This document shows, piece by piece, positions 1 through 9,318 of a DNA stretch of 46,450 nucleotides. Source of the DNA: a virus; IMG/VR virus record IMGVR_UViG_3300028831_000022, positions 1-46,450 of that record, one strand, 5' to 3'. Each line of letters opens with the position of its first letter. The first letter of the stretch is position 1. The notes beneath the pieces are model-generated. The model made no database searches. It saw only the letters and a list, made by a program, of their open reading frames with translations, and was not told the DNA's origin. Made by a program: the position numbers and the translations under genes.

Positions 1-141
1 TAGGCTTCAGCCTCATTGGGGTTCTGGGACTGTACCGCTGCCTTCAGCCTGGCCTCGGTATCCACTCGGGCAGTAGCCAGCCGCACATCCCCACCAAGGT
101 CGGCCTGCTGTCCCGCATGGATGGCTGCCTCCTGAGGACTA
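1..141. repeat. 141-bp terminal overlap, identical to 46310..46450 (circular closure or possible direct terminal repeat)
   Basis: Read directly: taggcttcagcctcattgggg...ctcctgaggacta occurs at both window ends. Unique genome length is 46309 bp. Confidence 0.95.
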
Positions 142-833
142 CGTTCTGCCGCCAGCATCTGATCGACCAGAGCCGCAGTCTCGTGATCATCCAGTGCCCG
201 ACCAAGGATAGCCTGGCCTACCTTGGTCACCTGTTCCCTGATGCTGGCCGGGTCACTGGTCACCACCTGATAGACACTGCCCTGACCGGTGCTACCAGAC
301 TTCACCTTCTGCTGGCCCAGTCCTGCATTGATCGACTCGTTGATGATCTCATCAATGGTCTTGATCACTCGCTCACTACCATCGGCATTCAACTGGGTAT
401 AACCCTGAGCGGTGGTGAGGACATTGATGGTGGCAGCGATATCATCCTGAGTGAGGATCTTCCCATTGGGTGGAGCTGCACCCTTGGAATAGGCTCTGTC
501 AGGATAGAAGCCTGCGGCATAGAGCCGCTGTGTGTAGGCTGCCAGCTTGTCCGGTGGCAGGTTGTGAAGCTGAGACAGTGTGTCCTTCAACGTCATGGTG
601 GTAGTAGGAATGGCAGGCTGCTTGATCAGGCCACCGCTGGTCTGGACATCACGTTCCTGCTGGCCCTTGTTTGTACCACCGAATGCCTGGCCCTGGCCTG
701 TCTGTAGACCATAGGCCCAGTTGACCAGATCATAACGTGACGAGGTTGGTTCCTCTTGAAGATAGATTGCTCGTGTGTCTACGCCTGTTCCGCCGCTGGT
801 TCCACCCATCCATTCAGTGCCGGTGTTCGCCAT
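1..833 (-). CDS. N-terminal 277 codons of a 300-aa virion-module protein that crosses the window junction; function unknown
   Basis: ATG at 833..831 overlaps the TGA of the giant ORF (ATGA). I scanned plus-strand triplets at 3,6,...,831 and found no tta/cta/tca, so the minus frame is open to base 1. It is absent from the ORF track because it has no stop inside the linear window. Confidence 0.8.
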   Translation of the reverse strand, partial: MANTGTEWMGGTSGGTGVDTRAIYLQEEPTSSRYDLVNWAYGLQTGQGQAFGGTNKGQQERDVQTSGGLIKQPAIPTTTMTLKDTLSQLHNLPPDKLAAYTQRLYAAGFYPDRAYSKGAAPPNGKILTQDDIAATINVLTTAQGYTQLNADGSERVIKTIDEIINESINAGLGQQKVKSGSTGQGSVYQVVTSDPASIREQVTKVGQAILGRALDDHETAALVDQMLAAERSPQEAAIHAGQQADLGGDVRLATARVDTEARLKAAVQSQNPNEAEA

Positions 834-3800
834 CAGTCAATCCCCAATTCAGGACGAATGATCCGGTTGTAGAATGCCTTGACCTGTGGGTTCTTGTCTA
901 CGTAACCCCTCACCCACAATGCGAACTGATCGGTCATACGCTCTTTGACCTGACGTTCTGCATTGGTATTCCGCTTGTACTGAGACTTGTTATCCAGATA
1001 GCTCTTGTAGTTAGTAACCAGAGTTCTCAGTTGGTCCTTGTGCAGAGCGTCCGGGGCATGAGGATCATCGAGAGCCTCTTCCATCTGGTCAAGGACCTGC
1101 TGCCTCCGCTGCTGAGCATCGGGGTCATTCAGAAGCCTACCGAAGACCTTGTGTTCGTCAAGGTACTCCTTCTTCCAAACCTGATACTGCTCTGTATACT
1201 GAGCCCGTAGCTGAGGATTGCCCTTGGCTGCTGCCATCCTCAGTTCGTAGTCATCCTTGTTGTTGAAATAGGTATCGGCTGCTGAGGCAAAGAAGTAGTC
1301 ATCGTACCACTCCTTGACAGACTTCCTCTTTCTCAGCTCCATACCGATTTCATCGTTGTAGGTCTGGTAGCTGAAGCCCGTATCATCGTCAGACTGTGGC
1401 AGAAGCCAAGGTCCTGCCATGCTGTACTTCTCAAAATACTCCTTGTTCTTATCCAGGAGAAGTCCTGCTTCTTCACTGGATGAGAGTGGAGCCTTGCTCG
1501 GTACGTCAGTCTTGACGATGGTGTAAGCCCTAGCGTCCGGGTGCTGAGCCATGAACTCCATGAAGGCTTCACCCATCGGGAGCCTGTTGTCATGGAGTAG
1601 TTTGTTGAACTCAGGCGTGAACTCGTCAATAGGCGCAGTGCTGGGTGCAGCCGGAGAGAAGAAACCGACTGCTCCCCTGAGGAACATCTGCATACGGGTG
1701 AAGTTCTCCAGCCGATGCCGGTAGTCTTTCTGCTCGTATTCGTCTGCATCCTCAGTCAACCCATACTTGTTGGCCCTGTCCCGAATCTCCTTGATCTTGG
1801 CCGCATCCTTCACCGGGTCAAGACCCTTGGCTTCATCCATGATTTCCTCAGTCTTCACCTGAAGCATCTGTGAAGTCTGGATCATGGACGAGGCGTACTC
1901 GCTGTCAGAGTCCACATCCTTAGCCAGGGCCTCATACATCTTGCCTGCCCAACTGGGCATGATGCTCTTGAGTATGAGGTCCACAGCGTTGTCATCGGTG
2001 ACACCACGCTCACCGACAATCGCCCTCTTGGCTGCATTCAGTTCAGGGAAGATACGGGTGACTGCCTCCAGAGGCAGGCCCATCATGGGGCTGACGCTGG
2101 GACCGATACGGTCCAGCGTGTCCAGACCGGGGATGACGTACTTCAGTTGCCCGGTCATAGGGCTGACGGTGGGGAAGGACACTTTGAACCGGCCACCACT
2201 GATCTTCTCCAGACCATTGGTCACAGCCTTGGTCATAATCCCTGTCATCGGGATATTGAAGACATCCTCACCGAACTGGTTCTGAGTCACCACTCCCGAA
2301 TTGCGTAGTGCGTCCATCGCAAGCTGTGCCTTACGGATAGCCGTGGGATCACGATAGACGTTGTTGATCGTCCTCTTGATGAAGTTCTCCTGAGCGAACC
2401 AGAAGGGAATGAGGTTCCGGCCATGCTGCTGGAATTGACTCCGTACCCTGTGGTCGTCGATCCAGGGAATGGTGTCCTCAATGGCACCCTTCTCTGCCTT
2501 GAGATGGGCCATCCGGTAGACCTCTGAGTTCCTGTCCAGTGCGTCCCTCAGTTGGGTCCACTCGTCGGCATCAAGGTCGGCATTCTCGAATGCCTTGGGG
2601 ATCTGAGGCGGGTAGCCGTTGTCACGGATACTGGTCCTCAGTTCATCATTGAGACTGAGATAGCTGTCCTGAATATCACGGAAGCTGTAGCCCTCAACGC
2701 CCAACTTCTGGACGTACTTGTCCTGCCACAGCTTCTCCACTTCAGGAAGGAGGTCAGAGTTCTGGTGCTCATAGAATGCGGTGAAGGCTTCGGCGAACTT
2801 CTTCTGATCCTCCACATCAATCAGTGAGCGAAGAGAAGGAGGAATAGGGTCCCTGGCAATCATGGCTGCCACCGGATCAACCGAGTTCCTAACCTCCAAG
2901 GGCAGGGACTTCCAGTCGGAGGCAAGCTGGTAATGACGGACACCTAATCTCTCGGAGAAGTTCTTGATAGTGTCGTGCGTACCTTCAGCCCCAAGCAGAC
3001 GCATCATCACGTCTGTCTCAGTCTTGAGCCTTTGGGCATAATAGTGCAGGTACATCTGGTTACGGATCATGGCGTTGCCGCCCTCACCGATGGCATCAAA
3101 GCCTCTGGTCACAAGGTCCTTGAACCAGTTCGTCCGGCTGGGCTCCAGAATGGATGCACCAATAGATGAGTCTGCGAGATAGGGTGCATGGTCGAACACA
3201 TCATTGACGTTGATGCGGTTCTCCAGCAGCTTGTGCTGAAGCTCTCGCAGAGCGTGCGGGTTCTTGGACTCGAAGACCTGTGAGTAACGACGGGCAGCCA
3301 CATAAGCCCAGTCGTCAATAGCCTCGTGACGAGCAGCCCCTACGGCAGGAACACCGTCAATCATCTGGAAGTTGTCATCGGCCAGTACCTTGTACTTCTC
3401 CCGCCAGGACTTCGGTATCCAGACCTGATTGGCAGCATTGGCCTGCGCCAGAGGGTCAAGGCCACCAGACACGTTGGCCTTGGCAAGACGCTGACCTTCC
3501 TGAAACACGTCTTCCGGCACATCGACATAGCCGATACTGACCGGCTGAGTCTTGTATTTGGCCTTGAGTCCATTGTGAATGTCTGCTGCATGAGCATAGT
3601 CCTGAGTGAACCAAGCCATCTCTTCAGGAGTCAGTGCCTCACCTTCAGGCAGGTCCTCAAGCAGATTAAGGTTCGGCTCGTGATTAGGACTGAGCCCATA
3701 GATTTCACCTGACTGGAACGGGATATAGCCATTCTCGGTGTCGATGACCGTGTTAGTCCTCGCCAGTTGGGGAGTGGGATTCTCCAAGGCTCTGGCCGTA

Positions 3801-6800
3801 CCGACAGGCTGAGTGTGGCCCAGGTCTTCGAATGCAGTAACCGGGTCCTTGTCCATGACCACGGTGTAGACCCGACGGGTACCCTTGACAGGTGCTGTGG
3901 CTACCGGCCTGTCATCCAAGGTTCTACCACTACGATAGGATTTCCGTACTGCATCAGACATATCGGCTGAGTTGAGCCTACGTCTGGTCAGCTTCCAGTA
4001 GGCATCATTGCTACTGCCCGGACCCCAGAGTGTGGCAAGGACATCTTCATATTCTTTTCTCGCTTCATCCTCTACGTGTTGCCTGATACGTGGAAGGTCA
4101 GACTCCACATCGAAGGCAGCGTTCGGATCAAGAATATGAGGACGATAGATTTTCTCTATCTCGCCATCTCTGGTGAAAATTGCTACACGTTGCCTTGTAT
4201 CTAGGTTCTCAATAGTATTGCGAAGCTGCCGTGCATCATCAAGCTCCATACCAGCACCAGTCAGATCGTCAAGGACCGACTGAATACTGGCGTGGGAGTC
4301 ATGCCTGAGCCAGCGCTCGAAGTTGGGCATCACCTCATCAGGTACCAGTTCCCTCATCTTCTTGAGGTCGCTGACATAATCCAGTCCCTGACCACGCTCA
4401 CTGATCAGACCAGCACCCCTGAACAGATCAGTGATCTGGTTGCCCTCTTCAAGTGTGAGTTGCCTACGTCCAGCGTCGATCATGCCTGCATAGACACGAT
4501 CGGTCTGCATTCTCCGCATCTCACGAAGGACAGTATGGGGGTAGAACCCTGAGAGAGCAGGACCCTTGATATGGGTAGTGAACTCTCCATGCTGGACAGG
4601 GACATAGGTGATCTCAGTGCTACCAGGGACCCGCTGTCCAATCACCTCTGTCTTGAGTCGTTCACCGATGGGAGTAGCCACCTCACCCAGGTTGGTGCCT
4701 AGCTGAGCCACTGCTCCATGTACGCCACCACCCTGATAGGCAAGGCTTCTGACTGCTGCAAGGTATTCCTCTGGTGCCATACGCTCAGCCCATTTACGGG
4801 TGAACGTACTGACTGATCCAGCCATGTTGTGAGCAAAGACTTCCAGTGGATCACTGACAGAAGTAAGAGGAATATGGGAGAGAAGAGAATCAGCGATCCA
4901 GCCAACCGGGCGCATCGGAAGGATATAGCCTTCCCTCGTGGCAGTAATAGCAGCCTGTGACTTGATCCATGCGCTGGGACCTTCTCTCAGCATGAAGCCA
5001 AGGAACTCTTCACCATAAGCCCTGGGGATGAAGCCTGCCTTGAGTAGTACAGCAGGCTTCCAATACTTCGACATGAAGCCGTTGATCATGCCTTCGTTGG
5101 TACCGTCCAGCCACTTACGGTACTTGGTTGTCTCAGCCGTGACCTTGAGCATCTCCTTGAAGTCAGGGATACCCCAGTATTCAGCCAGGTCTGCTTCACC
5201 AATACCGACCGGGCGATTGCCCAGACGGTCAAGCCCTTCACCGGCATAGCTCTGGGTACGACCAAGGATCTTCTGAAGCAGGCTCTTGCCTTCCTCAGTC
5301 TGTAATGCTCCCGAATAGTGGAACATGGACTGGACGCCTGCCTCATAGATGCCCCGTCTAGCAGTGACATCTGTGGTCTTCAGCCACTCGTTGAGGTAGT
5401 CATCTCTGAGATGACCAGGCAGGGCATATTCCAGTACAGCCCTGAACTGGGTCAGGCTGTGAGAGTCATCCGGCCCCATATAGTCGTACTTGGGAACCAG
5501 GGTATACATGCTGTGGATGGCATCACCCACAGCACCCTTCAGACTGATAGCTGCTCGCTGTCTGACATTGAAGAGTTCCGCCAGTTGACTAGGTTCCAGC
5601 GCATCGAAGCCATAGTCCTCAAGCCTGAACTGCGATACCCAATCCTTGATGCCGAGAGTCAGACCACTCCTGAATTCCTCACCTCTGGTCAGACTAGGAA
5701 GCACGGTACCGGGGAAGTGAGGTGCAGCGAACTTGCCCTCGTTGAGAGCCTTGGCCCCGGAGGTACTACGGAAGTAGTCGAAGATGTGTTCCCGATTGAG
5801 GTCTTCCAGAGACATGCCCCTCTTGGCAAAATACTGGGCCATGTCATGAAGGCCACCACCACGAAGCTGAGGTAGCCGGTCTAGTAGCTCACCCACACGG
5901 CCGGTATTCAGACCTTCAGCAATGGCATCGGCTGCCCGCTGGAACCGGGGCAGAGTCGAGAGATAGTTGACCCGCTGGGTCATCTCGGCAGCGTCGAGTC
6001 CTTCAGCCGCCGCCGCTACCGTCTTGGCTTCCAGACCATAACGGGCCAGGCGAGCTGACTGAGCCATCTCACCACCAACGATGGTGGGGTCAGTAAGGAC
6101 TCTGAACGTGCCGTCGATGCCACCCGACACGATGTTGAACGGAGTGGTCCCGTCCTTGAACGGGGTGAAGACCTTGGCAAAGTCCCGGCCTGGCGAAACC
6201 TTGTTGTTCCTTAGATCCTTGACTGCATCCTGAATGTCATCCTGATTCTGATACTGCGAATACTTGGATAGCTGCTCTTCAAACAGTGGGGTATCAGGAG
6301 TCAGTTGCAGGTTGTCAGTCAGGTAGTCACTGATGGTCTTGCCCTTGGCAAGCTCACTGACGAACTCGAATTTGTCAGCATCTCCACCCATGACCCGACG
6401 AACACGGTCCTTGGACTTCTCAGTGAAGTTGTTCTCACCATCATTAGTTCTCTTCCACAGGTCTTTGAAGTCACGATAGACAGCCAGTGGAGTAGCCCGA
6501 CGGTCCTGAATCTCAGCCTCATTGAGGCTGCCACCCATGCCGAAGACACCCTCTTCTTCACCACCCAACCGACCTGCACGATAGAGGTGGGTACCGATAC
6601 CACCAACATAGTCAAGACCTTGCAGTAACTGCTTGACCCCAACGACGTGAGTGACATCATGGACGAAGTCACCAGCCATCTTCTTGACAATGCCTAGCTC
6701 GGTGATATCAGGTTCCATAGCTTCGGGAGGGACATAGCCAGCCTTGCGAATGAGGCGCTGCTGTCCCTCATCGAATGCCTTGAATGCCTGCTGCTGCTTC

Positions 6801-7078
6801 CAGGGGTCCTGGATCCCCTTGAGGTGCTCAATGTATGCCTTGACCAAAATATCGCCACCAGCCGCCGTGGCATGACGAACAAGTTCATTGTCGTCAAAAG
6901 GACTACTGGCTAACTGGGTAGCGAACTTGACACCATCACCCTGACCGAAGATGGGGGCTGCATCCTGCACTAGCTTGATACGTCGGGCCAGGTTCTGGTT
7001 TGCCACATCACCGGGGCCGGTACTCTGGAGTCGTTGTTCCTGAGTCTGACCACCGGAGAAGAAGCTCACAATCCCCAC
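833..7078 (-). CDS. Giant 2081-aa virion-module protein (possibly internal/ejection or polyvalent minor head protein); function unknown
   Basis: One uninterrupted 6.2-kb ORF downstream of the portal. The start is GTG at 7078, or more likely GTG at 7069 (GTGA overlap with the upstream stop, GGAGG 10 nt upstream). I recognised no catalytic motif. Confidence 0.9.
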   Translation of the reverse strand: MGIVSFFSGGQTQEQRLQSTGPGDVANQNLARRIKLVQDAAPIFGQGDGVKFATQLASSPFDDNELVRHATAAGGDILVKAYIEHLKGIQDPWKQQQAFKAFDEGQQRLIRKAGYVPPEAMEPDITELGIVKKMAGDFVHDVTHVVGVKQLLQGLDYVGGIGTHLYRAGRLGGEEEGVFGMGGSLNEAEIQDRRATPLAVYRDFKDLWKRTNDGENNFTEKSKDRVRRVMGGDADKFEFVSELAKGKTISDYLTDNLQLTPDTPLFEEQLSKYSQYQNQDDIQDAVKDLRNNKVSPGRDFAKVFTPFKDGTTPFNIVSGGIDGTFRVLTDPTIVGGEMAQSARLARYGLEAKTVAAAAEGLDAAEMTQRVNYLSTLPRFQRAADAIAEGLNTGRVGELLDRLPQLRGGGLHDMAQYFAKRGMSLEDLNREHIFDYFRSTSGAKALNEGKFAAPHFPGTVLPSLTRGEEFRSGLTLGIKDWVSQFRLEDYGFDALEPSQLAELFNVRQRAAISLKGAVGDAIHSMYTLVPKYDYMGPDDSHSLTQFRAVLEYALPGHLRDDYLNEWLKTTDVTARRGIYEAGVQSMFHYSGALQTEEGKSLLQKILGRTQSYAGEGLDRLGNRPVGIGEADLAEYWGIPDFKEMLKVTAETTKYRKWLDGTNEGMINGFMSKYWKPAVLLKAGFIPRAYGEEFLGFMLREGPSAWIKSQAAITATREGYILPMRPVGWIADSLLSHIPLTSVSDPLEVFAHNMAGSVSTFTRKWAERMAPEEYLAAVRSLAYQGGGVHGAVAQLGTNLGEVATPIGERLKTEVIGQRVPGSTEITYVPVQHGEFTTHIKGPALSGFYPHTVLREMRRMQTDRVYAGMIDAGRRQLTLEEGNQITDLFRGAGLISERGQGLDYVSDLKKMRELVPDEVMPNFERWLRHDSHASIQSVLDDLTGAGMELDDARQLRNTIENLDTRQRVAIFTRDGEIEKIYRPHILDPNAAFDVESDLPRIRQHVEDEARKEYEDVLATLWGPGSSNDAYWKLTRRRLNSADMSDAVRKSYRSGRTLDDRPVATAPVKGTRRVYTVVMDKDPVTAFEDLGHTQPVGTARALENPTPQLARTNTVIDTENGYIPFQSGEIYGLSPNHEPNLNLLEDLPEGEALTPEEMAWFTQDYAHAADIHNGLKAKYKTQPVSIGYVDVPEDVFQEGQRLAKANVSGGLDPLAQANAANQVWIPKSWREKYKVLADDNFQMIDGVPAVGAARHEAIDDWAYVAARRYSQVFESKNPHALRELQHKLLENRINVNDVFDHAPYLADSSIGASILEPSRTNWFKDLVTRGFDAIGEGGNAMIRNQMYLHYYAQRLKTETDVMMRLLGAEGTHDTIKNFSERLGVRHYQLASDWKSLPLEVRNSVDPVAAMIARDPIPPSLRSLIDVEDQKKFAEAFTAFYEHQNSDLLPEVEKLWQDKYVQKLGVEGYSFRDIQDSYLSLNDELRTSIRDNGYPPQIPKAFENADLDADEWTQLRDALDRNSEVYRMAHLKAEKGAIEDTIPWIDDHRVRSQFQQHGRNLIPFWFAQENFIKRTINNVYRDPTAIRKAQLAMDALRNSGVVTQNQFGEDVFNIPMTGIMTKAVTNGLEKISGGRFKVSFPTVSPMTGQLKYVIPGLDTLDRIGPSVSPMMGLPLEAVTRIFPELNAAKRAIVGERGVTDDNAVDLILKSIMPSWAGKMYEALAKDVDSDSEYASSMIQTSQMLQVKTEEIMDEAKGLDPVKDAAKIKEIRDRANKYGLTEDADEYEQKDYRHRLENFTRMQMFLRGAVGFFSPAAPSTAPIDEFTPEFNKLLHDNRLPMGEAFMEFMAQHPDARAYTIVKTDVPSKAPLSSSEEAGLLLDKNKEYFEKYSMAGPWLLPQSDDDTGFSYQTYNDEIGMELRKRKSVKEWYDDYFFASAADTYFNNKDDYELRMAAAKGNPQLRAQYTEQYQVWKKEYLDEHKVFGRLLNDPDAQQRRQQVLDQMEEALDDPHAPDALHKDQLRTLVTNYKSYLDNKSQYKRNTNAERQVKERMTDQFALWVRGYVDKNPQVKAFYNRIIRPELGID

Positions 7079-7473
7079 CCCTCCAAACGTGCAGCAATGT
7101 CAGCAATGGTGGTGTCTCCGGTCTGAGCCGCAAGTTGACGAAGCTGAACAGAAGTCGTTCGTGACGGTGCGTTCAGAACTTCGGGACCACCACCGGGACC
7201 TATGGGAAGTCCATGAGTAATAGGCTCATGAGGTCGTTCTGTGGGTGCATTCAGTGGTACCGGCTGGAAGTTGTGGTTCTGTGCCGCAGCCAGTATCTGA
7301 TCCATCCCTGCCTGTTGCGGTAAAGGAGCTTGCTGTTGTGTCTGCTCCAGTGCCTGCTTCTCACCATAAGGAAGACCAGTAGGAGCAGCTACAGCTTGAG
7401 TGCCAGCAGTGAGGTCGGTCCTGTTTGCATGGGCACCTCCCGGTGCCGACTGCATCTTCCTTTTACGTGGCAT
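7066..7473 (-). CDS. 135-aa hypothetical protein between the portal and the giant ORF
   Basis: ATG ORF starting 4 nt after the portal stop. Pro/Gln/Ala-rich. Stop is coupled to the giant ORF start. Confidence 0.7.
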   Translation of the reverse strand: MPRKRKMQSAPGGAHANRTDLTAGTQAVAAPTGLPYGEKQALEQTQQQAPLPQQAGMDQILAAAQNHNFQPVPLNAPTERPHEPITHGLPIGPGGGPEVLNAPSRTTSVQLRQLAAQTGDTTIADIAARLEGWGL

Positions 7474-7476
7474 TGT

Positions 7477-9318
7477 CTACGTCCTATTGTTAACAATACG
7501 AGTCTGAACAGTCTGAGGAGGTCCTTGTAATGCAGCAAGAATCTGCTGCATACGAGCCTGAGCAGGCAGAGCCTGAGCCGGTGGCTGAGCTTCTGCTCCC
7601 TGTCCAGGCATCGCTAGACCTGGCTGTGCCTCGGGTGGAACAGCTAGTCCTGGATCTTCTGGTACCTGAGTAGCTTGAGCCTGACGATCCCTGGCTATCT
7701 GATCAGCCTTCCTTACTGCCTCGATCATGGAGCCCGTCTCTTGGAACACCTCATCAATGGTGACAAGGTCAATGAGTGGTAGTGCTCCCTGGGATGCGTT
7801 CTGCAAGAAGGTGACAAGCATTGCGTCTTCGATACGCTCATGGATGATGTTCTTCTGTTCCATGTTGGCATCAGCAATAAGAGGGTGGTTAGTGCGGCCA
7901 GTATCCCGAGACATAAGACCGGCACCAACCAACTGGGTAATAGCAACAGTTGCTTGGCTAATGTCAGTGCCAGGTAGAGCATAAGTGACTGCACTTTCGC
8001 TCGTCTCAAAATGCTTCTCTGGAATGTACTTGACAAGCTCTATATCACCAGACCAACCGCTGAAGACCGTGTACTGCTTGCTGGGCCAGTAGCCTTTCTC
8101 AGTCTCCATCACAGCATGGTTGATTGTCTCTAAGGCTCGTGCGGCAAACTTCTGAGCTTCCATGACCCTTGGGTCAACTGAGAATCCAGCCAGGGTGTCC
8201 AGCGCTCGTCCTGTTCTATAAGCACCTGAAGTCTCACCCCCGAATTGGGTAAGAACTCCTCCACTCGTTCGAGCAGCTCGCTCAAGCTGTTGAATAGTTG
8301 CCATTGTGCTCTGACTGACATTGGTAGTGAGAAGCTGCACTCCATCAGCATCGAGCAGGACGTTGGGTTCCCCTTCTCGTCCATCCTTCCAACGACCCCC
8401 ATGAAGTGTGGGAATAGCAGTCCTCTTACCCATGATCACCATGTCGGGGAAGGTCTGCCGTTCCGCAGCGATAGCTTCCAATGCAGTCATACGATCAAGG
8501 AAGTCCACCATCGGGAAAACATGGGTGAGTTGACCCATGATCCGGTCAAGGGTGGCTCTTCTTGGTACCGCACAAGGTACGCAGCCAGCCCGATTAGGCC
8601 AACGTCGTAGCTCCATAGCATTCTGGCTGGGGCCGGTAGCAGCCCCATATACCCGGTCATCGTGGGTGGAGTAGTTATGCCTTGGACCGAGGACCCCCAT
8701 GACAATGTCTTCTTCATCAATCCACTCCACACAGTCCCAGAGGTAACTGCCACCCATAGACTTCAGCGAGCTTCGAGTTGCAGGGTAATTGCTGAACAGC
8801 CAATCCTCTGAACGACCGAATACGAAACCAACGTTAAGTGGGGATCTAAAATCTTCTGGTGCTCTGAGTTCAGGGTAAGAGGTAAGGGGATCTCTAAGCT
8901 CGATTCGAGCCCGCTCTTCTTCAAAGTCAGGCACAACGACCAAGGATGCTGTGCCATACCCGATGTAGTGCCTGAAGTACCTATAGAGCATCAGCTCCAT
9001 TCCGTTCCAATGCCAGTTAGCATAGAGAGCCCTACGTCTTAGCGCTGCATTCTCCTTCGCCCTGACCTTTGATCCAAGTGCAGGACAAGAGATAGAAGGA
9101 ATGACAGAAGCAGCCCGCATAGCATTGTGGTCAATACCATCTGCCACGATCTGTGGAGATAGAGAGCCCATAGTAGGCTCACCATCAACGTCAGGCATAG
9201 GTACCACAACATCGCCGTTATACCGATCTCTGGCCTCGATCATCTGTCGAAGTAGGTAGCTGTCCCGCTGACGGCGCTGCCACATAATGTTGACAATGTC
9301 TTCCCACTTATAACTCAC
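7477..9318 (-). CDS. Portal protein (putative)
   Basis: 613 aa directly after TerL. GTG start overlaps the TerL stop (GTGA), with AGGAGA 5 nt upstream. Size and position are typical of a portal. C-terminal tail is Q/P/A-rich. Confidence 0.75.
   Translation of the reverse strand: MSYKWEDIVNIMWQRRQRDSYLLRQMIEARDRYNGDVVVPMPDVDGEPTMGSLSPQIVADGIDHNAMRAASVIPSISCPALGSKVRAKENAALRRRALYANWHWNGMELMLYRYFRHYIGYGTASLVVVPDFEEERARIELRDPLTSYPELRAPEDFRSPLNVGFVFGRSEDWLFSNYPATRSSLKSMGGSYLWDCVEWIDEEDIVMGVLGPRHNYSTHDDRVYGAATGPSQNAMELRRWPNRAGCVPCAVPRRATLDRIMGQLTHVFPMVDFLDRMTALEAIAAERQTFPDMVIMGKRTAIPTLHGGRWKDGREGEPNVLLDADGVQLLTTNVSQSTMATIQQLERAARTSGGVLTQFGGETSGAYRTGRALDTLAGFSVDPRVMEAQKFAARALETINHAVMETEKGYWPSKQYTVFSGWSGDIELVKYIPEKHFETSESAVTYALPGTDISQATVAITQLVGAGLMSRDTGRTNHPLIADANMEQKNIIHERIEDAMLVTFLQNASQGALPLIDLVTIDEVFQETGSMIEAVRKADQIARDRQAQATQVPEDPGLAVPPEAQPGLAMPGQGAEAQPPAQALPAQARMQQILAALQGPPQTVQTRIVNNRT

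Noticed and set aside
117-707. 196-aa plus-strand ORF at the window start (also 737..1210 +)
   Set aside because: It is antisense to the junction-spanning minus-strand gene. That gene has ATGA coupling to the giant ORF and is open across the whole region. The plus ORF has Cys/Leu/Arg-rich shadow-frame composition.
833-7078. Giant ORF as a virion-packaged RNA polymerase (N4-like or crAss-like)
   Set aside because: I found no convincing T7/N4 motifs A, B and C and no DxDGD two-barrel motif by eye. The isolated HDS tripeptide is not in the right context. HMM or structure searches are needed before any such claim.
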